From the NCBI GenBank assembly GCA_965248435.1, contig OZ252100.1, positions 3,936,001 to 4,000,000 of the forward strand: a stretch of DNA of 64,000 nucleotides. The letters run 5' to 3'. Shown one piece after another: positions 9,719 to 20,367 of the stretch. Each line of letters begins with the position of its first letter. Position 1 is the stretch's first letter. A program made the translations under genes and the position numbers. The notes below the pieces were generated by a model that was not told the DNA's origin, did no database searches, and saw only the letters and a list, made by a program, of their open reading frames with translations. This DNA is from Candidatus Latescibacterota bacterium. Lineage in GTDB: Bacteria > Latescibacterota > UBA2968 > GCA-2709665.

Positions 9719-10708
9719 GTGATGAAGATCGGGACTCGCATCAGTCCGGACTGGCTGAATCGACCGAAGGACTTCCAGTTCCTCAAGCAGATCGGCGTCG
9801 ATGTGGTGGACATCACTCTGGACATCTGTCCCGCTTACAAGGAGACCGGACGGCTGAGCAGGGAGGGGGTCGAGCGCGTGGCGGAGGTCGTCGACAGGGC
9901 AGGCCTCAAGGTCGAACGGGCGAATTCGCTCAGCCGCTACTTCCGGTCCGCCTTCCTGGGGGGTCCCGAAGTCGAGCAGGAGATCGACAACCTGGTCCAT
10001 AACATCGGGCTGTGCGGCGAGTTCGGATTCCCGGTCGTGGGGGTGCAGTGTTTCCAGGCGGGGCAGCTCGCGAAGACCGACGAGCGTCTCTACAGCTGGG
10101 TCGAGGGTCGGGGAGGGTATCAGCACCGGAAGGTGGATCTGCGAGAAGCGCTCGACAGGCCCCTGTTGGAGGCGTCACCGAGCCACGAGGAGCTCTGGGA
10201 GAGGACCTTGGAGATCTACCGCGCCGCCATCCCGGCCGCTGAGGAGGCCGGCGTCAAAATCGCGATGCACGGGAACGATCCACCCGTTCCGAGCATCAAC
10301 GGCGTCGCACAAATCCTCTACGACTTTGATGCGTTCGATCGGCTGTTTTCGGAGGTGCCGTCCGACCATAACGGGATGACGTTCTGTGTGGGAACACGCT
10401 ACGAGTCCGGCCAGGACGTGTTCGAGGGGATCCGTCGGTTCGGCGAGAAGGGGAAGATCTTCCACGTCCACTTTCGGAACGTGAAGGGGACGATTCCCGC
10501 TACAGGAGGCTACCAGGAGGTGATTCCGGACAGCGGGGACCTGAACATGTTCGAGGTCGCGAAGGCCCTGCACGATATCGCATACGAGGGCGCGATCGAT
10601 TACGATCACATCATGAAGCTCGCGACCGACGGTCCCGAAGGGCGTGAGTACATCGCGTTCTGTGTCGGACAGATGAAGGGGTATCTGGATGCCATAAGAG
10701 CAGCATGA
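9719..10708 (+). CDS. Mannonate dehydratase (UxuA)-like protein
   Basis: AIPAAEEAGVKIAMHGNDPP, GMTFCVGT, IFHVHFRNVKG and YDH motifs. Confidence 0.85.
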   Translation: MMKIGTRISPDWLNRPKDFQFLKQIGVDVVDITLDICPAYKETGRLSREGVERVAEVVDRAGLKVERANSLSRYFRSAFLGGPEVEQEIDNLVHNIGLCGEFGFPVVGVQCFQAGQLAKTDERLYSWVEGRGGYQHRKVDLREALDRPLLEASPSHEELWERTLEIYRAAIPAAEEAGVKIAMHGNDPPVPSINGVAQILYDFDAFDRLFSEVPSDHNGMTFCVGTRYESGQDVFEGIRRFGEKGKIFHVHFRNVKGTIPATGGYQEVIPDSGDLNMFEVAKALHDIAYEGAIDYDHIMKLATDGPEGREYIAFCVGQMKGYLDAIRAA

Positions 10709-10898
10709 CCTGGTGTATCGTCCGTTAAATTTCTGTACTAATATGATTTGGGCTTATGTCGTCCTCCAACAGAAGCCTTGAAGAATCATCCTGAAAATGG
10801 GGTGGCTCGGTCACTAGAAAAGAAACTCGGGGAGGTCCGTGAACCGGACCTCCTTCTTGCCCGGTGAATCGTTGAAGGATTGCCGAAGGGAGATTTCA

Positions 10899-12476
10899 GT
10901 GAGCTCAAAAAGGCCTGCAGGAAATAGCTCGAGACCGAACATTCTCCTGATTATGGTCGATGACATGGGGTTTTCCGACCTGGGCTGCTATGGCGGTGAG
11001 ATCCACACCCCCAACCTCGACCGGCTTGCCTCAAACGGCCTTCGCTTCACACAGTTCTACAACAACGCCATCTGCGCGCCAACCCGGGCCTCCCTGCTGA
11101 CCGGACTCTACTCCCAGCAGGTCGGAGGAAGTCAGCCGAAGGAGTGCGTCACCATCGCCGAGGTGCTCAAGACCGCTGGCTACCGCACCCTCATGGCGGG
11201 GAAGTGGCATCTATCCGGGTATCTGTCCGCGCTACCCGTTGAACGTGGGTTCGACCGCTATTACGGCCTCGTCGACGGATGCTGCAACTTCTTCAACCCG
11301 GGTCTGAAACGACCCGGGGAAAAAGCGCCCGGTGAAAAGTTCCCGGACGACAATCCCCCCTTCGCGATCGACGGCAGGGTGATCCAGCCTTACACGCCTG
11401 AGGACAAGAATTTCTACACCACCGACGCGTTCACGGATTACGCCCTCGAATACCTGGATGAGTACGGCGGAGAGGACAGACCCTTCTTCCTCTACGTGGC
11501 GTATACCGCGCCCCACTACCCCCTGCAGGCCTGGCCGGAGGACATCGAAAGATACAGAGGCAAATACAGCGTCGGCTGGGACAGACTCCGGCAGGAGCGC
11601 TTCGAGCGCATGGTCGAGATGGGCCTGGTGGAAAGGCGCTGGGACCTCTCGTCGCGCGACCCGGACTCGGTTTCGTGGGAAGATGTTGAAGACAAAGCGG
11701 CCTGGGACCTGAAGATGGCCGTCTACGCGGCGATGGTCGACCGCGTTGACCAGAACATCGGCCGCATCCTGACCAAGATGCAGGAACTGGGGGTGGAGGA
11801 AGACACCCTGGTGCTGTTTCTGTCGGACAACGGGGCCAGCGACGAAGACAGGACGAGCACGCCCGACATCCCGCCCGGGCCCGTGGAATCCTACCGTACG
11901 GTGGACCTGCCGTGGGCCAACCTCAGCAACACGCCCTTCCGAAAATTCAAGCGGTGGAACCACGAAGGCGGCATCGCCACGCCGCTCATCGCCCACTGGC
12001 CGCGAGTGATCAAAAATGGGGGCGAGATCACCCACCAGATCGGCCACCTGATCGACATCCCGGCCACCTGCGCAGACATTGCAGGGGCGGAATACCCGGC
12101 CACCCGCGACGGCCGCGAGGTCCTGCCCCTGGAGGGAAGGAGCCTGCTTCCGATCTTCAATGGCGAACGGCGCGAGGGCCACGAGGCCCTCTACTGGAAC
12201 CAGGCCGGCCTCTGGCGCGCCGTCAGGATGGGAAAATGGAAACTCGTCTCTCCCGACCACTGGAGGGATTACAACCCCTGGCGTGCTGGCGGAGGGGCAA
12301 AGTCGGAACAGAACGCGCAGCCGGATCCGAAAACGATCTGGGAGCTTTACGACATGGAAGCCGACCGGACTGAGGTGAATGACCTTGCGGATCAGTATCC
12401 GGACCGCGTGAAACAGATGGCCTGTATGTATGACGCGTGGGAGAGGCACTGCGCGATCAGGTCCGAAACGGACTGA
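10899..12476 (+). CDS. Arylsulfatase (Cys-type S1)
   Basis: RPNILLIMVDDMGFSD, CAPTRASLLTG, GKWHL, TAPHYP and SDNG; GTG start after GAAGGGAG. Confidence 0.95.
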   Translation: MSSKRPAGNSSRPNILLIMVDDMGFSDLGCYGGEIHTPNLDRLASNGLRFTQFYNNAICAPTRASLLTGLYSQQVGGSQPKECVTIAEVLKTAGYRTLMAGKWHLSGYLSALPVERGFDRYYGLVDGCCNFFNPGLKRPGEKAPGEKFPDDNPPFAIDGRVIQPYTPEDKNFYTTDAFTDYALEYLDEYGGEDRPFFLYVAYTAPHYPLQAWPEDIERYRGKYSVGWDRLRQERFERMVEMGLVERRWDLSSRDPDSVSWEDVEDKAAWDLKMAVYAAMVDRVDQNIGRILTKMQELGVEEDTLVLFLSDNGASDEDRTSTPDIPPGPVESYRTVDLPWANLSNTPFRKFKRWNHEGGIATPLIAHWPRVIKNGGEITHQIGHLIDIPATCADIAGAEYPATRDGREVLPLEGRSLLPIFNGERREGHEALYWNQAGLWRAVRMGKWKLVSPDHWRDYNPWRAGGGAKSEQNAQPDPKTIWELYDMEADRTEVNDLADQYPDRVKQMACMYDAWERHCAIRSETD

Positions 12477-12576
12477 CTCAAACGCCGCCCGCTCCGTCCT
12501 GTGAGCGCCGGACGCTCCGCCAACTGATGGGGAAGGTCGAGATCCCAAAGCTTACAGCGTGAAAAGGTCCTACAGT

Positions 12577-13364
12577 ATGGAAAAGCGCTATTCCTGTTGC
12601 ATTATGGGCACCTGCTGCGTGCCGTGGGACGGAGAAGGGGGGCTGGACGAGCCGGTCTTCCGGCGTCACATTCGGAGTCTCTTGGAGAGGGGAACGAAAC
12701 ATCTCTACGTCTTCGGGACGGCGGGAGAGGGCTACGCGGTCGATGATGAGCAGTTCGACCGGATCACGACCGTCTTTAGCGAGGAGATGCGCGCGGGCGG
12801 CGCCGAGCCGATGGTCGGGATCATCAGCCTTTCGCTTTCGACGGTGATCCGCCGGATCGAGCGGGCGTGCGAGCGCGGGATACAGCGCTTTCAGATTTCG
12901 CTGCCAAGCTGGCGGAAGCGTTCGAGAACTTCGTGGCGGTCAAGCTCGGGATCGATTCCGTGAGCACCCTGTGGGAGCTCGGCCGGCGGGATCTTCCCCT
13001 GCGTTTTTTCCTGACCGAGTTGAACTTCGCAGCGGCCCGCCTGATGGGCATGGACGCAGGGCTGCTGATCGCCACGGCATCGGTGAACTGGGAGATGGCC
13101 CACCGCTTCTTCGATGCTGGGGTGGAGGGCCGGTTCGAGGAGCTACGGGAGTACGTCACGGAACTGGTAGGGCTTCGGGCTGAAATGAAGCGGTGCCTGG
13201 ACGGGGCCGCACATATGGACGGCGCCTTCGACAAGCTGTTCGCAAAGATCGATCAGCCGGATTTCTCACTCCGCCTGCTGCCGCCGTACGAGGGTGCCAG
13301 CGACGCGGAATTCGCCCGTTTTACCGGAGTGCTGCGGGAGAAGTACCCGCGGTGGGCTCCCTGA
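12577..13364 (+). pseudogene. DHDPS/NAL-family lyase, frameshifted by an apparent internal deletion
   Basis: N-half has FGTAGEGY and QISLPSW; C-half (KLAEAFENFVAVK...DGAFDKLF) is in another frame; junction at 12903-12912. Confidence 0.8.
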
Positions 13365-13407
13365 ACACGCTCGAAGAGATATCTTATCCTGGAAGGAGTG
13401 GATCCTT

Positions 13408-14976
13408 ATGAATGGCGATTCCAGAACGCCAAACATCCTTCTGATCCTCACCGATCAGCACGCCCCGAAGATCGCCGGATTCGCCGGCGACCCTTACGTG
13501 CGCACCCAGCATCTGGACGACCTGGCCGCGCGATTCATCCAGTTCGACAATGCTTTCTGCGCCTCGCCCCTCTGCACGCCGTCGCGCATGTGTATGCTCA
13601 CCGCCAAGGAAGTCCACCGCTGCGCCGCCTGGAGCAACCACTGGATCATCTTCCCCGAACACGTCACCTGGCCTGCCCATTTCGCCGCGCACGGGTACCA
13701 GACCTGTCTGGTCGGCAAGATGCACTTTGGCGGTCGGGACCAGATGCAGGGGTTTCAGGACCGGCCCTACGGCGACCTCCGGCACGGATTGGGCCACCAG
13801 CCCGAACCGATCGACCTGTTCCCCGCTTATGACTCGGCGAACAGCGCGGGGCCCACGGAGATCCCGGAAAGCCTGCTGCAGGACGTGGTCGTCACCCGGG
13901 AGACGACGGCCTACCTGCTGGAACATCACGACCGGGAACCCGACATCCCCTGGTTCGTCTGCGCCTCTTACTCCCGCCCACACTCCCCCTACACCGCCCC
14001 CGGTCGCTACTTAAACCGGTACCGGGACAAACTTCCGGCGATCGGTCCGCCGTCGGATTTCGCCGACGGTCTGGAACCGTTTGCCAGGCGTCGTCTCCAC
14101 GATCTGACGTCTGAACAAACCCGGCGGGGCCGCGAAGGCTACTATGCCTGCGTCGATTTCGTGGATGACTGCATCGGCGAACTCGTGAACGTCCTGGAAA
14201 ACGCCGGTCTGCTCGACAACACGATCGTCATCTACACGAGCGATCACGGCGAAATGGCCGGCCTCCACGGGCTCTGGGGCAAAAACGTGTATTACGACCC
14301 CGCCATCGGCGTCCCCCTGTTGATGGCCGGCCCCGGCATACGCAGCGGCCAGCACCGGGTCGCGCACCCCATCTCCCTGATGGACCTCTACCCCACCACC
14401 TGCGCCCTGGCCGGTCTGCCCATGCCGGAAGGCCTGGACGGAGTGGACTTCAGCGGGCTGTTGGCCGACCCGGCATCTGCCCCGGTGCCGCGTCCCTTCG
14501 TGCCGAGCGCCAGCTACGCCTACGGGGGCAAAATCAAGCACAGGCAAACGGGCGAGAATGTTCTGCGTCGCGGTCCCCAATCCACTCACGAAAGTGAGCC
14601 CGCTGCGGCGATGCGCCTCGTACGCACCCGCGACTGGAAATACGTCGAAGTCGAGAAAGGCGATCCCCTGCTGTTCGATCTGGTGAACGACCCTGATGAA
14701 GAGATCAACCTGGCCGGCCGTCCAGAGCAGGCGGAGCGCTGCCGTGCCATGCGGGAGGACCTCTTCCAGGGGTTCAGCTGGGAGCACGTGCACGAACAGC
14801 TTGCGAATGACAGGCGCCGGCTGCCGGAATTCGCCTCCGGGCAGAAGCCGACCACGCCGAACCAGTACACGCTCCCGGACGGCCGGGTCTTCGACGCGGA
14901 AGGCGAGCTCTACGGCGCCCGGTGGCTCCATATTCCGGAGACAACGGGTGGCATCATCCCCCAGGAATTCGGTTAA
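13408..14976 (+). CDS. Sulfatase (choline-sulfatase-like)
   Basis: PNILLILTDQH, CTPSRMCMLT, GKMHF, SDHGE and GLWGK. Confidence 0.93.
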   Translation: MNGDSRTPNILLILTDQHAPKIAGFAGDPYVRTQHLDDLAARFIQFDNAFCASPLCTPSRMCMLTAKEVHRCAAWSNHWIIFPEHVTWPAHFAAHGYQTCLVGKMHFGGRDQMQGFQDRPYGDLRHGLGHQPEPIDLFPAYDSANSAGPTEIPESLLQDVVVTRETTAYLLEHHDREPDIPWFVCASYSRPHSPYTAPGRYLNRYRDKLPAIGPPSDFADGLEPFARRRLHDLTSEQTRRGREGYYACVDFVDDCIGELVNVLENAGLLDNTIVIYTSDHGEMAGLHGLWGKNVYYDPAIGVPLLMAGPGIRSGQHRVAHPISLMDLYPTTCALAGLPMPEGLDGVDFSGLLADPASAPVPRPFVPSASYAYGGKIKHRQTGENVLRRGPQSTHESEPAAAMRLVRTRDWKYVEVEKGDPLLFDLVNDPDEEINLAGRPEQAERCRAMREDLFQGFSWEHVHEQLANDRRRLPEFASGQKPTTPNQYTLPDGRVFDAEGELYGARWLHIPETTGGIIPQEFG

Positions 14977-14987
14977 GCCTTGAAGCG

Positions 14988-16580
14988 TCACGACCGGCTC
15001 ATTTGCCTCGGAACCGAGATATCCGTCTGCATGATCAAATCCAGCAACTCCAGGCGCAGGTCGTCCCGGACACTGCGATGCGCAGGATCGTTCCACAGAT
15101 TATGCAGCTCCTCGGGGTCGTTATCGAGATCGAAAAGTTCGCCGTACGACTGCCCGGAGTAGCAGGTCATCCGGTATCGCTGCGAGACCAGCGTGCGCAT
15201 CTTGAACCCCAGGTAGTCCTCATCCATTTCTACAAGTGCAGGCCGTTCGGCACCGGGATCATCACCGGCCAGGACAGAAGCCAGACTCCGACCCGGCCAG
15301 GCATCCGGTGCTTCGGGCGCTTCCGGTTCAGACGGAATCCGCCCTTCCGGTACGGGAACCGCGGCCATATCGAGTATCGTCGGCGCGAAGTCCAGCAGAC
15401 TGACGACACCGTGGTGCACCGTACCCGGGGTGGTGTGCCCGGGCCACCGCACAAGAAACGGCACCCGTATCACCCCGTCGATGTGGTACGGCCCCTTGCC
15501 CCACATGCCGTGATCCCCCAGCGCCTCACCGTGATCCGCGATAAACAGGACGATGGTCTCCTCCTCCAACCCGTTCGTCCGGAGTGCATCCAGCACCCGG
15601 CCGACCTGATCATCTATCATCTCGATCAACCCGTAATAGTGGGCGGCGCATTCCGCATAATGGGCCGTGGTCAACGCCATGGCCTGCCCCTTGTTGCCGC
15701 TTGTCGTCAGGTCTGTCTCATACATCCGTCGAAAGTGCGGCGGGAGGTGGTCGTATTCACCGTCCTTTTTCACCGGCGGAGGGACGTCCTTCGGATCGTA
15801 AAGATTACAGTAGGGCGCCGGAGGCGCGAAAGGCGGATGGGGCTCCTGGATGCTGCACATCAGGCAAAACGGCGGGGCATCGGCGGCATCCTGCCGACGC
15901 CTCCCGGCCGCGGTATTCAGAAAATCAATCGTCCGGTCGGCAATCCACGTCATGGGATGCAGTTCCTGCGGCAGTGCCCATTTGTATGAACTCCGGTTGA
16001 ACAACGCCGACGCCCCACTCGGCGGTTCCAGTGGAACCTGATCAAAAAAGAGAGGCGCCGCATCCGGATGGTCCTGCCTGAGCCAGTGGATATAATGTCC
16101 GAAGGAACCGTGGCCGTGGCCGCCGACATAGTCGATCCCGTCCAGACCGTAGAACGGCCGCGGCAGGTCCGTAATCCTGCCCGATTGCCATAATGCCCGG
16201 CACTCGGGCGCATTATCCGGAGACAATTCATCGAGCGGGATACCGTTCGGCGACCCGGAACAGTGCAGGTGAATTTTACCGCAGCAGTGCGTCTGATAAC
16301 CGGTCCGGCGGAGCGCTTCCGTAAACGTGGTGATAGTCGGATCGAGTGGAATGCCATTCATACGAACCCGGTGTCCACGCGGAGTGAGACCGGTAAACAT
16401 CGTCGCGCGTGCCGGCATACATAACGGCTGCGACGTATACATGCGTGTGAATGTCATCCCGCCGGAGGCAAGCCGGTCGATATGCGGTGTCCGGACCAGA
16501 GGATGCCCCGCATAACCGAGGCATCGAGGATGCCATTGATCGGTGATGAATATCAGGAAATTGGGACGCGTATCAGACAT
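14988..16580 (-). CDS. Sulfatase-like hydrolase
   Basis: RPNFLIFITDQ, CMPARATMFTG, GKIHL and ADHGEALGDHG; RBS GAGGAGG. Confidence 0.93.
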   Translation of the reverse strand: MSDTRPNFLIFITDQWHPRCLGYAGHPLVRTPHIDRLASGGMTFTRMYTSQPLCMPARATMFTGLTPRGHRVRMNGIPLDPTITTFTEALRRTGYQTHCCGKIHLHCSGSPNGIPLDELSPDNAPECRALWQSGRITDLPRPFYGLDGIDYVGGHGHGSFGHYIHWLRQDHPDAAPLFFDQVPLEPPSGASALFNRSSYKWALPQELHPMTWIADRTIDFLNTAAGRRRQDAADAPPFCLMCSIQEPHPPFAPPAPYCNLYDPKDVPPPVKKDGEYDHLPPHFRRMYETDLTTSGNKGQAMALTTAHYAECAAHYYGLIEMIDDQVGRVLDALRTNGLEEETIVLFIADHGEALGDHGMWGKGPYHIDGVIRVPFLVRWPGHTTPGTVHHGVVSLLDFAPTILDMAAVPVPEGRIPSEPEAPEAPDAWPGRSLASVLAGDDPGAERPALVEMDEDYLGFKMRTLVSQRYRMTCYSGQSYGELFDLDNDPEELHNLWNDPAHRSVRDDLRLELLDLIMQTDISVPRQMSRS

Positions 16581-16697
16581 CGGCACCTCCTCGACGGGAC
16601 GCTTTCAGATGGTCTCAACATCCCGATCATCATTCAGGACAATCCGGCAGGTCCCGTGCCCGGTTCCCGCCAGCCACAATGGTTCCCTGTAGATCCT

Positions 16698-18227
16698 CTA
16701 TCGCTCATCTAGCCAGTATGGTTTGGCATAATATTGAATTATGTCCTTCTCGCGGCAAAACTCGTTGTAGTCAGTATTCAAGCCGGCCGCCTTGAGCTTC
16801 ATTCTGTCGTTTGCCGAGAGGGGAAATGCAACTGGAAGATACTGTTGGTAGTGTGGAGACTTTTTCTTTAATCCGCTCTGCTCGGACGGCACAAAATCAT
16901 GAGCTTCCACTCGTACGCCCTTGGCAACAGTCATAAAATCTATAATGTGCATGAGTAGTTCACTTTTGACTTCCTGACAATCTTCGTTCGCGCTGAGGTT
17001 GTTCATACAGTATGGATCTTCCAATCGATCATAGAGCTCAGAAACTCCTTGAAACGGATAGAATGAAAATCGGAAACGTCCGTCATCAACTGTTTTCACA
17101 GAATCACAAAACTCGCTGAATATCACCTCCCGCGGGTTGAACGGCGGGTTGCGTCCCAGCTCCAGGAGTGACCTGGAATAGCCGATTGGCCGATTGTCTC
17201 CGGCAATATTCAAAACCGTTCCAGGTATATCGATATTACCGGCCAGGGACGCAGAACGAGATCCCGCCAAGATTTCCGGATGATTGGAAACGACGAGAGG
17301 TATATTCATCTGCCCAGGATACGGAAACGGCCCTTTTGCCTGAAGCCCAAAATCGCCAAGCATATCACCGTGATCTGCTGAAAAAATAAATGACGTGTTT
17401 TCAAAGATGCCGAGGTGTTCAATGCAATCGACAATTCGCCCAATCTGGCCGTCTATAGCCGCAATCATTTCGGCATAAGCAGTACGAAATGCCAGATTCG
17501 CCTCTTGATTTTCCGGGACCGTACCGAGGACAGATCGATACTCGACTGTCTCCGGAACGCTGTCTCTATCGGCCGGCGGCCGATCAATCACTTTTGGCAG
17601 CTTCGTATCATCCACCAAACCCTTAAACTCGGCAGGAGGATCAATGGGACCGTGCGGCCCCTGGAAAGAAATCCATGCGAGAAAGGGCAGCTCTTTTTGC
17701 TCTACCGATTCAGCAATAAACTCAATGGCTTCCGAGGCTATCCAATGCTCGTAATACTCATCCTCCGGAAACGAAAAGGTAAAATCGGCATAGTTCCACA
17801 ATCGAGTAACCTCAGGATGACGCTTGCGGATCCATTTCAAATAGGGCTCGCTCTCCTCAAGCCTGCCCTCTTCCATCTGGCTGAGATGGCTAAATCCCTT
17901 CCCATCAGCGGCCGGATAGTGATGCAGCTTTCCAAAAGCGCCGGTCGCATAGCCCAATTTATTCATTCGTTCGGCGAGGTATTCCATGCCTTCTCGAAAC
18001 GGCACGTCATTTGTCCAAACCATATGATCCGACACATACCGTCCGGTCATCATTGATGCCCGCGCCGGAGCGCATACGGTTGATTGAGTGATGGCATTCT
18101 CAAACACAACGCCTTTTGCGGCCAGCCTATCAAGATTAGGAGTCGGCACCGCAGTGCATCCATAACTATTCAGAAAGTCCGGTCTGAGTTGATCACAGAG
18201 AAGCACAACGATATTTCTATTTTGCAT
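16698..18227 (-). CDS. Sulfatase-like hydrolase
   Basis: NIVVLLCDQLR, CAPARASMMTG, GKLHH and ADHGDMLGD; RBS AGGAG. Confidence 0.93.
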   Translation of the reverse strand: MQNRNIVVLLCDQLRPDFLNSYGCTAVPTPNLDRLAAKGVVFENAITQSTVCAPARASMMTGRYVSDHMVWTNDVPFREGMEYLAERMNKLGYATGAFGKLHHYPAADGKGFSHLSQMEEGRLEESEPYLKWIRKRHPEVTRLWNYADFTFSFPEDEYYEHWIASEAIEFIAESVEQKELPFLAWISFQGPHGPIDPPAEFKGLVDDTKLPKVIDRPPADRDSVPETVEYRSVLGTVPENQEANLAFRTAYAEMIAAIDGQIGRIVDCIEHLGIFENTSFIFSADHGDMLGDFGLQAKGPFPYPGQMNIPLVVSNHPEILAGSRSASLAGNIDIPGTVLNIAGDNRPIGYSRSLLELGRNPPFNPREVIFSEFCDSVKTVDDGRFRFSFYPFQGVSELYDRLEDPYCMNNLSANEDCQEVKSELLMHIIDFMTVAKGVRVEAHDFVPSEQSGLKKKSPHYQQYLPVAFPLSANDRMKLKAAGLNTDYNEFCREKDIIQYYAKPYWLDER

Positions 18228-18432
18228 TTGACGGCTCCTAGATGCCTCGTGCATAAATTGGCAAATGGATATGCCGTTGCTATACTAACGGCATGGAAAA
18301 TGTAAAACAACAGCTAAGGGATTATTATGATCGCTGCGGCGCCAGCCGGAACAACTCCATCTGGAAGAGATCTCTATACTACAATTCAGCTTTGTAAATC
18401 TTGAAGACAAAGGTGCTGTTCTGCCTAAGGGA

Positions 18433-19410
18433 GTGCTTATGTTACGTTTTGCCAAGCCGGAGGGCAAATACAATCTCGTTCTCGAAGAAACACCGATCCC
18501 GGAACCGGGACCGGGAGAAGTCCGTGTCAAGGCTGTACGGAGCCTGATCAGCCGGGGTTCTGAGATGGGCGCCCGTTATACCCGTGAACATGCCGTGAGT
18601 CCGGAGATCATGGGATACTCACTGGCCGGTGTGGTCGATGCCCTTGGTGAGGGTGTCTCATACCTGGCCGTCGGCGACCGGGTCGTGGCGCTGGCGCCTC
18701 ATGCCCAGTACGTGGTACGTCCCGCCTTAATCTGCACCCCACAGGATCAGGCCCTGATAATCCCCATACCTGACGATGTGTCCTTTGACCAGGCGCCCTT
18801 CCATCCGCTGACCTGCGGTGCGGTGACCTGGACCGGTATAGAAGACATTCAGCCCAACGATACCGTGGTCATCATAGGACAGGGACTCGTAGGCAGCCTG
18901 ATGCTGCAGGTCATGAAAGCCAACGGGGTCGGCCGTGTCGTCGCCATCGATGCGCTGAAGAGCCGGTGTGCCATGGCGAAGTCCTTTGGCGCTGATGCGG
19001 TCATCAACGCGGCAGAAGAGGATCCGGTTCAGGCGGTGCGCCGCCTCACCAGCGGCATCGGCGCTGATATCGTGGTGTATGCGGTCGGCGGCCCTGCCGG
19101 TCCGAAAGCGTTCGAGCAGGGACTCGACATGCTGGCGGTAAACGGTCTGTTTCATCTGATCGGGTTATACGAAGATGAACCACTCCCGCTCATGTCTGAC
19201 AAAATCCAGCAGCGCCGTCTGATCGGAGGATACTACGGCACTACCATCGGTGCCCGCCAGTCCCGTCGCGCTATGGAACTACTCGCCTCCGGCGCCATAC
19301 AAACCGATGCTATGACCACCCATCGCTTCCCGTTCAAAGAAGGCCCGGAAGCGTTTGATTTGCTTTACAACCGCCCTGATGATGCGTTCGGAGTATTGTT
19401 TGAATGGTAA
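18433..19410 (+). CDS. MDR-superfamily (zinc-type) alcohol/sugar dehydrogenase
   Basis: GroES-like N-terminal domain, MGYSLAGVV, Rossmann motif GQGLVG. Confidence 0.9.
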   Translation: MLMLRFAKPEGKYNLVLEETPIPEPGPGEVRVKAVRSLISRGSEMGARYTREHAVSPEIMGYSLAGVVDALGEGVSYLAVGDRVVALAPHAQYVVRPALICTPQDQALIIPIPDDVSFDQAPFHPLTCGAVTWTGIEDIQPNDTVVIIGQGLVGSLMLQVMKANGVGRVVAIDALKSRCAMAKSFGADAVINAAEEDPVQAVRRLTSGIGADIVVYAVGGPAGPKAFEQGLDMLAVNGLFHLIGLYEDEPLPLMSDKIQQRRLIGGYYGTTIGARQSRRAMELLASGAIQTDAMTTHRFPFKEGPEAFDLLYNRPDDAFGVLFEW

Positions 19411-19701
19411 TCTACCCACCAAATTCCAGCCGCGTTAACAGATCGTTCAAATCCTCGAGCGTTTCAAGCCCTCGAGGCGGGATCGGTCATCGGCCTCGAC
19501 TACTCACTACGTTTACGGCGGTTCAGCTTCACATTTTGAAGAGGAAGCAAGACAAAAAAACAGAAGACGATTGTCTATGGCGTGCACTGTATTCCTGCCC
19601 TTTGAAGGGCTTCGCCGTGAAGGGGGCGCGCCGCCAGCGTCGCATCCCAAGGCCACCCCGCTTGTTATAAGGTTCGCGCGGTTAACCACCAGGAGGACGT
19701 A

Positions 19702-20136
19702 ATGGCGGACAAGCAGTTCTTTTTTCCCGATCGCGCATGGAACCAGGGCCACCCCGAGGGCACCGGTGGCTGGACACAGGCCGACGACGAAGGCGAAATC
19801 CGCTTCGCCCAGGCGGTTCGCATCGGCGATGTCGTCTACACGGCCGGACAGGTCGCGTGGGACAAGAACGGGGAGATCGTCGGCAAGGGAGACCTGCTGG
19901 CCCAGTCCAGGCAGGTGTTCAAGAACCTACAGGAGGTCCTCGAACTCGCTGGCGCGTCTCTGAACGACGTCGTTCAACTGACGCAGTACTTCATGGACAT
20001 GACCGACATCCACGCCTACCGGCAGGCACGCAGAGAGGCGATGCCGGGAGTCACGTGTCTGACCACGGGCGTTCAGGTCGCCCGCATGACGCAGCCGGAC
20101 CTGTTGCTCGAAGTTGAAGCTATGGCGGTACTCTAG
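19702..20136 (+). CDS. Rid (YjgF/YER057c/UK114) family protein
   Basis: VYTAGQV, AGASLNDVV and LLLEVEAMA; RBS AGGAGG. Confidence 0.9.
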   Translation: MADKQFFFPDRAWNQGHPEGTGGWTQADDEGEIRFAQAVRIGDVVYTAGQVAWDKNGEIVGKGDLLAQSRQVFKNLQEVLELAGASLNDVVQLTQYFMDMTDIHAYRQARREAMPGVTCLTTGVQVARMTQPDLLLEVEAMAVL

Positions 20137-20367
20137 CCGGGTTCTTGAAGATCCGATCTGACATTGGTATGAAAACAGGTTTGGTCGACGAGGGCCAGGA
20201 GCCCCTCGAACGGCGGTACGTAGGGGCGGCACGGTTTTCAGGAAAAGAGGCCGGCACGGTGATTGAAAACGGCTTCTGCTCGCCGGTCGACTGGCCACCA
20301 CGGAAGCGCCTAAAGCTTACCTGTAAGCGCCGGTTGGCGAGTCTAAAGAATGGAGGATGGATAAGAG

